From Poseidonia sp. (GTDB taxonomy: Archaea; Thermoplasmatota; Poseidoniia; Poseidoniales; Poseidoniaceae), in the NCBI GenBank assembly GCA_049617635.1, contig JBMZJQ010000003.1, forward strand, positions 237 through 64,236: a DNA stretch of 64,000 bases. Reading direction: 5' to 3'. Shown here piece by piece: positions 8,410 to 16,252 of this stretch. The notes under the pieces are model-generated. The model saw nothing but the letters and a program-made list of their open reading frames with translations, made no database searches and was not told the DNA's origin. Numbering within the stretch: the stretch's first letter is position 1; every line of letters begins with the position of its first letter. Made by a program: the position numbers and the translations under genes.

Positions 8410-11220
8410 ATGGGATTGATTGACAATTTTGGCCGCGTTGCCTCCATGTACATGGAGGAAAAAGCGAACCTTCAGGAAGCCGAGCAAAAGCGCAAGCGTA
8501 CCCGCACCGGTCACGGTTTTTGGCCTCACGAGGTGTTGCGTGACACCATTATTTTCTCCGCCATGTTGGCCATTTTGCTGTTTTACGCATGGCTGATTCC
8601 CCCGCCACTGCACGGTGCAGCCGACCCCTACGCTCAGGCTGGGTTCGTCTTCCCTGACTGGTACGTGCTGTTTTCCTACGGTTACCTGCGATGGGGCGAA
8701 TACCTGCCCCAATTCGTTGTTCCAACCGGCTTCATTGGCGACATCGTAGGCCAACCCATGTTCCCCTGGAACGCTGCTTGGTGGGGCGCTGCTCTGACCG
8801 GCATCCCTGTGGGCATTCTCGCTTTGCCACCTTTCCTTGGAGGCCGTGAAAAGCGACCTGTGGAAGACCCATGGTTTGCTGCAGCAGGTGCTGTGTATCT
8901 CGCCCACATCTGGTTCATCTCCGTGTTCTCCATCAACATCTTCTTGGAATTGTACGGGAAGAATCGTTCTGATTTTTGTAAACTCGATTCGCACGGGGAT
9001 TTGCTGTGTGGTGTACGTGAACCGTGGATAGCCGATGTGTTCAACGCGATACCGTGGGTGATGACCGGTGTGCTGTTGTGGATTTGTATCTACTTCATTG
9101 GCCGTGTTCTGCTCATCAAGGCATGGGGTGCAGGATTCACCGTTGCCAAGAGTCGCCAACTCCTCGTCGGCGCTTTGGTGATTTCCTCTGCCGCCACCGT
9201 GGCCACCTTCGACACCTATGACAACGGGTTCTGGGACGCAAAGGGATTGTTGACCATCAAGGATTACGGCGAACTCGAAGCAATGCGCACCCAACCCACG
9301 GACGTTCACGTCCACGACACCAACGAATTCACGGACGATCGTGGATGGTCGGACAGCGGCGTCGTCCCCACCACGGCGTGGTTGAACTGGAACATTTACC
9401 AGCCTGCCCGGTACATCATCACCGACTTTGCTGACGCCAACGGACATCAAGACCCAAGCAACGGTATCAATGCTGCCGCAGGTGGCACCACCTTCAACGG
9501 TGGTGAAGGCTTCTCAGTTACGGGAACCTTCACCATCACGGAAGACCCGACGCTCTTCCCAGAAGGCCACCCAGAAGAAGTCGAGACACTCACCACCGAC
9601 CTTTCCTGTGAATTCCGTTCCAGTGAGCGTAAAATCAACGACGTTTCAACACAAACCATGGTGGCCACCACCCTCTCAGTGACCGATGCCACCGGCGCCA
9701 CCCTGGTCTCCTTTGCAGACTGTGAAGGCGCCACCGTCGAGATGAAGGTTGGTACGTACAACTACGCCTACGACGTTGTTGTCAGCGGAGCACTGGCGCT
9801 GAACGACAGCATCGCCACGGAGACTGCGTTCAGCATTGCCGCCTATCAACCGCTTTTGGTATGGGACGAAGATGCTCCAGCAGCACTGGCAGGCCACACC
9901 GTGAACCTGAGCAATGCCGAAGAAATGGCGGCTGGCGGAACGGCGTTCTCCTACATTGAAAACCCGACCTACCATCAAAACCCCAAGTCCTTGGATGCAA
10001 AACTCACCTACGCCATGTTCATTCCTTGTGTGACCTTTGGTGCCCTGGTCTTCGTGCTGTTGCGCTACATGGCACGTGGATACGAGTTTGAGATGAACAA
10101 GTGTTACGGTTGCGACTTGTGTGACGATGCCTGTCCAGTTCGCCTGTTCAACGGCGGTGACAAACTCAACATCATCTACAACTCGTGGAACAACGAGGAC
10201 GACGGTGTGCCCCTCTATTCGTGTTTGACCTGTACGGCGTGCACCAATGCCTGTCCCCAACTTGTCAACTACGACTCCTATGTTGATATCCGCCGTAGCT
10301 TGATCGTTGGCGGCCCACAAGCCGAAATTCCTCACACGGTGCTCCAGGCTGTTCTCAACGCTGAAGCCGAAGAAGCTGCTGATGACGATTTCATCGCCAC
10401 AGAGGACTACCCCATCACCTCAAACATCGGGTATTATCCCGGTTGTGTTGACTACCTCGACCAAGAAATGGTGTTCTCCCACGTCAACGAGGGAACCATG
10501 AATTTGGGCGATACCACCACGGCGGCGTTTACGCTGTTCGAGGAAATGGGTACCGACGTGTCCTACCTTGGCCGAGATTTCCTCAAGTGCTGTGGACACG
10601 ACCAAAAGTGGCAAGGTCTGGATGAGGTCTTTGAGAAACTCAAGGCATACAATCAGCGGAAGATCAACGAATCCGGCATCGACACCTTGGTCTCGTCGTG
10701 TGCAGAATGTTTCCGTACCTTTGCTCGAGACTACGAGTTGGAGAACGTGAAGGTCATGCACACCACCGAGTTCTTGATTGAACAGGGCTTTGACATGAAC
10801 CTGAAGTCCGAGGAAACCACGGTGACCTATCACGACCCGTGCAGACTTGGCCGTCAAATGGGCATCTACGATGAACCTCGGGAACTCATCAACGCCGTGG
10901 AAGGTGTCGAAATCGTTGAGATGGAGCACCACGGTGAAGACGCCATGTGCTGCGGTGTCTCCAGCATGATGTCGTGCAACGAGAACGCTCGCTCCCTCCG
11001 TGTCACACGCATGGAAGAAGTTCGTGCCACCGGCGCCGATACCATGCTCACCTCATGTCCGAAGTGTGTCTCTCACTTCGAGTGTTTGAAGTTTGAAGGC
11101 GATGAAGCCTATGCCGATATCGAGATTCTTGATGTCGTGTCCTTCCTCGCTCGACAGGTCAACGAGAAGAAGGGTGCGCTGGCTTCCGAGGCTTCCTCGG
11201 TTGAAAACGTCGAAGCCTGA
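8410..11220 (+). CDS. Fusion: cytochrome b C-terminal (subunit IV-like) domain + extracytoplasmic insert + TM helix + HdrD/GlpC-type 2x[4Fe-4S] / 2xCCG iron-sulfur module
   Basis: N-terminus: HGFWPHEVLRD, Qo-type FPDWYVLFSYGYLRW (PDWY 8653-8664), about 5 helices. Middle: about 270 aa Thr/Ala/Asp-rich segment. Helix YAMFIPCVTFGALVFVLLRYM. C-terminus: CYGCDLCDDACP, CLTCTACTNACP, KCCGHD, YHDPCRLGR, MCCGVS, LTSCPKCVSHF. GGAGG SD 9 nt upstream. Confidence 0.85.
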   Translation: MGLIDNFGRVASMYMEEKANLQEAEQKRKRTRTGHGFWPHEVLRDTIIFSAMLAILLFYAWLIPPPLHGAADPYAQAGFVFPDWYVLFSYGYLRWGEYLPQFVVPTGFIGDIVGQPMFPWNAAWWGAALTGIPVGILALPPFLGGREKRPVEDPWFAAAGAVYLAHIWFISVFSINIFLELYGKNRSDFCKLDSHGDLLCGVREPWIADVFNAIPWVMTGVLLWICIYFIGRVLLIKAWGAGFTVAKSRQLLVGALVISSAATVATFDTYDNGFWDAKGLLTIKDYGELEAMRTQPTDVHVHDTNEFTDDRGWSDSGVVPTTAWLNWNIYQPARYIITDFADANGHQDPSNGINAAAGGTTFNGGEGFSVTGTFTITEDPTLFPEGHPEEVETLTTDLSCEFRSSERKINDVSTQTMVATTLSVTDATGATLVSFADCEGATVEMKVGTYNYAYDVVVSGALALNDSIATETAFSIAAYQPLLVWDEDAPAALAGHTVNLSNAEEMAAGGTAFSYIENPTYHQNPKSLDAKLTYAMFIPCVTFGALVFVLLRYMARGYEFEMNKCYGCDLCDDACPVRLFNGGDKLNIIYNSWNNEDDGVPLYSCLTCTACTNACPQLVNYDSYVDIRRSLIVGGPQAEIPHTVLQAVLNAEAEEAADDDFIATEDYPITSNIGYYPGCVDYLDQEMVFSHVNEGTMNLGDTTTAAFTLFEEMGTDVSYLGRDFLKCCGHDQKWQGLDEVFEKLKAYNQRKINESGIDTLVSSCAECFRTFARDYELENVKVMHTTEFLIEQGFDMNLKSEETTVTYHDPCRLGRQMGIYDEPRELINAVEGVEIVEMEHHGEDAMCCGVSSMMSCNENARSLRVTRMEEVRATGADTMLTSCPKCVSHFECLKFEGDEAYADIEILDVVSFLARQVNEKKGALASEASSVENVEA

Positions 11221-11250
11221 ACGGGCTGGTGAGTGTCGACGCGAAGAGGG

Positions 11251-11535
11251 TCAAGCGCCCTCTTCATCCTCGTCGCCCATGCCCACGATTTCGTAATTCG
11301 AAGGGAAGAGGGCAATGGCCACACCTGCGACCAACGATGCAAAGCCCCAGCCGAAGGACTTCTGAACAAAGAGCAGTTCCAACGCAAGTGCGACCAAGAT
11401 CAACCCTCCGATGTTGGAGGTCCACACCAGGGTCTTGAAGGTTGAAAGGCTCACACCGGTGGTTCCCGGTTTTCGATACGGGCCGAATTCTCCTCCAAAG
11501 CGTTGGGCTGTTGCGTCTTTTCCTTTTTTCGACAT
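11251..11535 (-). CDS. Small two-helix membrane protein
   Basis: 94 aa. Helices IGGLILVALALELLFV and FASLVAGVAIALF, with an acidic tail. Last gene of a minus-strand three-gene set. Confidence 0.5.
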   Translation of the reverse strand: MSKKGKDATAQRFGGEFGPYRKPGTTGVSLSTFKTLVWTSNIGGLILVALALELLFVQKSFGWGFASLVAGVAIALFPSNYEIVGMGDEDEEGA

Positions 11536-11546
11536 GGTGGTTCACC

Positions 11547-11879
11547 TCATCGGTCAATCATCGTGATGGCGTCGGTCGGGCATGCCAAAACACAGAGCCG
11601 GCAGCCCGTGCATGCGTCTCGAAGAATCTTCGCTTTTCTGTTGCTTTCAACCTTCATCAATGGACTGCGAACGTCAACATGGTAGAGTTCAATCGCATCG
11701 TCATCGCACACGATGGTGCATTGGTCGCAACCAATGCATTTCCGCTCTTCCACAAACGCCACCGTGCCTTCACCGCCTTTGGTGTTGGCACGTTGCTCAC
11801 CACGCTGACGATTCAGCGCCGTTCGAATGCGAAGGGCTTCTTCTTCTCGTCGCTTTCGCAACTCGTCCGCCCCCGTCAT
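11547..11879 (-). CDS. 2x[4Fe-4S] ferredoxin-domain protein with basic N-terminal extension
   Basis: CIGCDQCTIVCD and CTGCRLCVLACP motifs. ATGA overlap with the upstream membrane-protein gene. Confidence 0.8.
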   Translation of the reverse strand: MTGADELRKRREEEALRIRTALNRQRGEQRANTKGGEGTVAFVEERKCIGCDQCTIVCDDDAIELYHVDVRSPLMKVESNRKAKILRDACTGCRLCVLACPTDAITMIDR

Positions 11880-12553
11880 GATGTTGCCTCCTGCGGCGGT
11901 TCCCCTTCAAACTTGGCAACGCACAAGTTGACCAACAGGTCGCCAAAACAATAGAACGCTCCGACCAAAAGAGGCGGATTCCAGGCGGTGAAGCCGGTCC
12001 ATGGAACCTCAGACGCCCACGTCCAATTTCCAAGATAGGTGCCCCAGAGTTCCATGGCCAACGCCGCCCATGCCATGGCGGCATAGAGTCGGGGTTGAGG
12101 TCCCCACTTCGTGAACCCGAGAACGAGCAAGAGCAAGATGACACCTGAGGTGTCGCCTCCCGTCCATGCACCGTAGGCGACCAGCGGGACAAAGGGGACC
12201 AGCAACGGCATGGCCCATGTTTCGTCAAGTCTACCAGCTCCTCGACGTCCCAAATCAAAAAGGAAGTAATGGCCCGCTGGGACGAACAACGGCATCAAGT
12301 CACGCTGATACTCATAAATGAGCCACACTTCGGAAAAGAACAGTTCCATGGGTGTTGCCAACGCCACCACCGTGAGCATCTCGATGCGTTCCTTTCGGTC
12401 AGTACGCAGATAGATCCACGCAAAAACACCCCAACACCAGATGTTGACGGGCCATTCTGCCCATGCCTCGCTGAGGAGACCTGCAACACCCGTTGCAGAA
12501 CACCACAATCCAACGGCGATGGTGGTGATGTACAACCAAACACGGCTGCTCAT
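11876..12553 (-). CDS. Hypothetical polytopic membrane protein
   Basis: ORF 11876..12571 starts at GTG; the first ATG (MSSRVWLY...) is at 12553. About 6-7 hydrophobic helices, Trp-rich. Motifs TPMELFF and LAMELWG hint at an internal duplication. Confidence 0.6.
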   Translation of the reverse strand: MSSRVWLYITTIAVGLWCSATGVAGLLSEAWAEWPVNIWCWGVFAWIYLRTDRKERIEMLTVVALATPMELFFSEVWLIYEYQRDLMPLFVPAGHYFLFDLGRRGAGRLDETWAMPLLVPFVPLVAYGAWTGGDTSGVILLLLVLGFTKWGPQPRLYAAMAWAALAMELWGTYLGNWTWASEVPWTGFTAWNPPLLVGAFYCFGDLLVNLCVAKFEGEPPQEATS

Positions 12554-12592
12554 GCGTGTGGGTGGGCCCACCTTGTTTTGATGGTATGGGGG

Positions 12593-14896
12593 TCAATCGT
12601 CACCATGGTACATTCGCCGAGAAAGTTGGATGCTGAGAATCAACGTCAAGAGAGCGATGATGAGTCCAAGGGTGAGATAGATTGCCCGTTCAACATCACT
12701 CGCCTCAACTTGTTCCTCCACTTCCACTTCCTGTTCCGGACAATCTCCACGCATCTCACATGTCGTTTCAACCGGCTCAACTTCTTCCGGCTCAGTTTCG
12801 TTTTCATCAACCTCGGGTTGTGGATAGGTGCAGCTTCCGTCGTCGAGCTCGCTGTTCATATCATAATTGAGAGCTTCCGGGTCGGTACAGCCTTCGACAG
12901 GCTCTTCGACCACTTCCGGGTAAGTGCATGTTGATGCGTTATGTACCTCGGTGCTTGGGTCATAGTTGGTGGCCTCTGCATCGTGGCAACCTTCCGTTGG
13001 TGGTGGGTATTCGCAGCTTCCATCGTCGGCATCAGCCTCCGGGTTGTGGTTCAGAGCCGTTGAATCGGTGCATCCGTAAACAGGAGGTGGCGGTGGGTAT
13101 TCACACAGATCCTCATCGTTCACAGTAGCGTTTTCGTCATAATTGAGGGCCGTATCATCCATGCATCCGACAACATCTGGTGGCGGGTATTCGCAGGTTC
13201 CATCATCAACTTCGGCTTGTGGGTCGTAGTTCAATGCCGTTGAATCCGTGCATCCTAGAATCAGTTCCTCTTCTTCTTCGCATCCTTGTTCGTCAACGGG
13301 AAGTTGAGGCGCTGTTCCCGGGCACCAATCATTGTTGTTGGACACACCGTCTTGGTCGTCATCTTCGATACAACCATCGCCGTTCCAATCCCAGAGCACA
13401 TCGTCACCTCCATCTGGACATATGTCGTCGTAGGACTCAATCACGCCAAACCGAGCAAGAGGTAAGGTTTGCAAGCGTGTGTCGTTCAATGGAAACCATT
13501 CCGCTTTGAAAAAGATCGGAGGGAAATTCCGTTGATTTCGTGAGGCGATTTCGCCTCCAGGGTTGAGCGGTACGTTGTATTCCCAATCGATTTGGCTGTC
13601 GTTTCCGATTTGACCGAGTTTTCCTCGCAGCGAGTGGGAGACCATGAATTGCCCGTTTGGCAACAGGGTCGCTCCAGATTGAAACCTTGGCCCCCAACCT
13701 GCGGGAAGGGTAAATTCGATATCAGGTTGAGCCGGGTCGTACATTCCCGTTGATTTGTTCAAGCGAAAAATGTCACCTTGCCGAGGTGGTGTAAAAATCC
13801 CAATGCTTGAGGGCCCGGAAACATCGTTGGAAAAATAGGAGATGGAACCAGCAAACGGCCGTCCAGGAGGAATGAACTGTGCGTCATGCTGCGTCACCGT
13901 GTATTGGTCCGCGGCAGAACCCATGTCGTAATTCATGGGGTTGCCCCAACGGTAGAGGAGGTCGCCTGCAGAACCGTTACTTTCATCCCACGAGAGGTTG
14001 TGATTGATGATGTACAATTCCTCCGTGTGTCGACAAGAGAGGAGGATGTGCTTGTGAATTGGATCGTAGTCAATTGAATTGCAATGCATCCAATCTGCAT
14101 CATCTGCTCGAATATTCGGGCCAACGGCGTTGATGTTGATTTTTTCTGGGTAATCGGCCGGATTGCCGTAGGTAGGGAGCATGGAGTCTTCGTGCTGAAC
14201 AAGATGGTCTGATGCTCGCCACATCCATACAATTTCGGCACCACCCGTTTCGTTTTTCGCATATTCAATCACCACGTCCGGCCAAAGACCATCGGACGTG
14301 ATCAAGTTGTCTTTACGTCCCATGGATTTACCTGTTGTTTCATCAAAATACTCCCAAGCGATGGCCAAGACATTGCCGTTGGGCAAAAATGTAGCATCAT
14401 GGTGTAAACGGTAATTGTTGGCGTATTCGGTGATTTCCCACATCAGGTTGCTGTTGGCGTCCAAGATTTCGATATGGGTGGAGGCTCCACCGGCTTCCAT
14501 GAGCAGGGGTCCTTCATCAACAGGAAGGTCATTGACAACTTGCAACAAGGTGCCGTTTGGCCCGAGGTCCATGCCGTAACCTGAACCGTTTGGATGGGAT
14601 GTTGTCCACTGGTGGCGGAGTTCGCCTCGGTGATCGATGAGGTAGATGATTTCGTGGGAAGTTCCAGAGAACAGGGTGTATCCCTCCTGTGTCTCGTTGT
14701 TGCAATGAAGCATGCCAGCCTCCGCACCAACATACAATTTGTTGCAGCTTGGAGGAATGGGATCTGTGGGTTGTTGCTGCCGGCCTGTTTCAGCCGCGTT
14801 GACTGCCCATGGCGATGCCACCAAGATAAAGAGCAAAAAAACGGCATAGGTCTGTATTTTGGCCTGCTTTCGTGGATGACTTTCGGAGAAATTCAT
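12593..14896 (-). CDS. Secreted arylsulfotransferase (ASST)-like beta-propeller protein with Ca-binding and Cys repeats and a C-terminal TM anchor
   Basis: Signal peptide. EGYTLFSGTSHEIIYLIDHRGELRHQW, YRLHHDATFLPNGNVLAIAWEY, DWMHCNSIDYDP, LLSCRHTEELYIINH (recalled ASST-family pattern). DWNGDGCIEDDDQDG. Five CxDxxAxNYD modules. TM helix LTLGLIIALLTLILSI. Confidence 0.65.
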   Translation of the reverse strand: MNFSESHPRKQAKIQTYAVFLLFILVASPWAVNAAETGRQQQPTDPIPPSCNKLYVGAEAGMLHCNNETQEGYTLFSGTSHEIIYLIDHRGELRHQWTTSHPNGSGYGMDLGPNGTLLQVVNDLPVDEGPLLMEAGGASTHIEILDANSNLMWEITEYANNYRLHHDATFLPNGNVLAIAWEYFDETTGKSMGRKDNLITSDGLWPDVVIEYAKNETGGAEIVWMWRASDHLVQHEDSMLPTYGNPADYPEKININAVGPNIRADDADWMHCNSIDYDPIHKHILLSCRHTEELYIINHNLSWDESNGSAGDLLYRWGNPMNYDMGSAADQYTVTQHDAQFIPPGRPFAGSISYFSNDVSGPSSIGIFTPPRQGDIFRLNKSTGMYDPAQPDIEFTLPAGWGPRFQSGATLLPNGQFMVSHSLRGKLGQIGNDSQIDWEYNVPLNPGGEIASRNQRNFPPIFFKAEWFPLNDTRLQTLPLARFGVIESYDDICPDGGDDVLWDWNGDGCIEDDDQDGVSNNNDWCPGTAPQLPVDEQGCEEEEELILGCTDSTALNYDPQAEVDDGTCEYPPPDVVGCMDDTALNYDENATVNDEDLCEYPPPPPVYGCTDSTALNHNPEADADDGSCEYPPPTEGCHDAEATNYDPSTEVHNASTCTYPEVVEEPVEGCTDPEALNYDMNSELDDGSCTYPQPEVDENETEPEEVEPVETTCEMRGDCPEQEVEVEEQVEASDVERAIYLTLGLIIALLTLILSIQLSRRMYHGDD
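12815..13255 (-). repeat. In-frame coding tandem repeat: 5 copies of an approximately 30-aa G-C-[TMH]-D-x-x-A-x-N-[YH]-[DN]...D-D-G-[ST]-C-x-Y-P module
   Basis: GCTDSTALNYDPQAEVDDGTCEYPPP / GCMDDTALNYDENATVNDEDLCEYPPPPP / GCTDSTALNHNPEADADDGSCEYPPP / GCHDAEATNYDPSTEVHNASTCTYP / GCTDPEALNYDMNSELDDGSCTYPQP. Confidence 0.85.
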
Positions 14897-15040
14897 GCCT
14901 CCGCCGGCATGCCGTTCTGGATTTAATGATTTTTCTTGATTGCATCCGTTTTGCTCGGAGCGAATTTTTTGTAACGATGCACTGAGAAACCTCGGGGCGA
15001 CGACCCCAATCGTTCTCCAAACTGTACCTTTGTTGATTTT

Positions 15041-16252
15041 TCATTCCGCGGACTGTCGCTGCCAGTTCAGTGATTCATTTCCCATGGCGATCATGCTCAA
15101 CTCCGCCACCAATGCGTGCCAGCCGTGGGCATCGGTGAGGTAGGGGTTCTGGGATTGGTCAAAGTTTTCAAATCGGGCACTTGGGGAGTTCAAATTGTCC
15201 ATGTCGGATTTCTTGGCGTTGATGCGATAAAACCAGGACGCAGCTTCTCCATCCACAAGATAAACAACAGGCTCGAGAGCCTCGCCTTCTTCGGATGTGA
15301 GCGCAGTCGGAATGCCTTCTTGGATGAGGTAGTTCTCAACATCAGTCCCGCCTTTGGCGTAGCGAAGTTTGTTCGCCTTCCGGTTTGAGAGGTTGAGTAT
15401 TTCACTTCCCGATTTCAGCACCATCACGCCCAAACCGTATGTGCCGCTATCGTTCTTGATGACCACCGTCGGTTCACGCTCGATTCCTTTTTCTTCGTAG
15501 GTGGCACGAAGTTTGCTGAGGAAATCGTCAATTTCTGCTGCGAGGCGTATTTTGCAAGCATCCTCTGTAAGGCATTTGTCTTCAGAAACAAACCATTCAG
15601 GCATCAAAAACCAAGGGTCCATGCCCAAGATTTGGGCCATTTCCTCGACGTAGGGTCGAAGCGCCTCGTAGTGTTCGGACTTTCTGCGCCGATACCAACC
15701 CATGTGGGGAGGTGGCGTGATGTTGGGTCCTTCGAGCCCGGGGATGCTGCCCTCGGTCAAATCGTTGTTGAGCAAAATGAGGTCGGGTATCGCACCTGCT
15801 ACGGAAAGGTTGTCTTCATTCATCTCCACACGATCGAGCAACAACGGTCCTGAAAGGCCGTGAAGGGAAGAAAAGTCGTTCAGGGCGACGGAACCGACCG
15901 TGCATCGGAAACCGGCTTGCTCGACGATGGACTTGATGGTGGCGATGTTTTCAACATAGGCTTGGTTTCGGGTATGACTTTCTGGCAACAAATGCACCCA
16001 TTGGCACCCTGGATGCGCACGCTGGAGATGCTCGGCAAACAAGTGAGCAAGTTCCTTCACGCTTTCTTGGGGGACGTTGTTGAATCCAGCAGGAAAATGG
16101 TTGGCATCAACCACACCGACTTTCCATCCAGCATCCCGCACATCAACGCTGCCGTAGATGGGTATGGGTACTTCTGACCTTTTTTTCTTCATCCATGCCT
16201 TGATGGCCTCCCTGTTCTCCTCCAAGGCATCTTGATAGTCTCTCAATTTCAT
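15041..16252 (-). CDS. Probable glutamate--cysteine ligase of the rare GshA (T. ferrooxidans-type) family
   Basis: 403 aa. N-terminal IPIYGSVDVRDAGWKVGVVDANHFPAGFNN matches my recollection of the GshA family (about 400 aa). The assignment is from memory only. The ORF itself is solid. Confidence 0.5.
   Translation of the reverse strand: MKLRDYQDALEENREAIKAWMKKKRSEVPIPIYGSVDVRDAGWKVGVVDANHFPAGFNNVPQESVKELAHLFAEHLQRAHPGCQWVHLLPESHTRNQAYVENIATIKSIVEQAGFRCTVGSVALNDFSSLHGLSGPLLLDRVEMNEDNLSVAGAIPDLILLNNDLTEGSIPGLEGPNITPPPHMGWYRRRKSEHYEALRPYVEEMAQILGMDPWFLMPEWFVSEDKCLTEDACKIRLAAEIDDFLSKLRATYEEKGIEREPTVVIKNDSGTYGLGVMVLKSGSEILNLSNRKANKLRYAKGGTDVENYLIQEGIPTALTSEEGEALEPVVYLVDGEAASWFYRINAKKSDMDNLNSPSARFENFDQSQNPYLTDAHGWHALVAELSMIAMGNESLNWQRQSAE

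Noticed and set aside
7741-9450. 569-codon antisense ORF spanning the cytochrome b genes; the longest unexplained ORF in the track.
   Set aside because: It lies opposite two genes with unmistakable cytochrome b motifs. Its translation is low-complexity (Gly/Val/His/Asp/Arg-rich) with no recognisable motif. Long antisense ORFs are expected in GC-rich coding DNA.
11876-12553. The membrane protein considered as a fused lycopene cyclase (CrtYc/d-like), because two ..MEL[FW].. motifs vaguely resemble PxEE motifs.
   Set aside because: Only a single acidic residue is present in each motif, and there is no other supporting similarity from memory. A profile search is needed before any such call.
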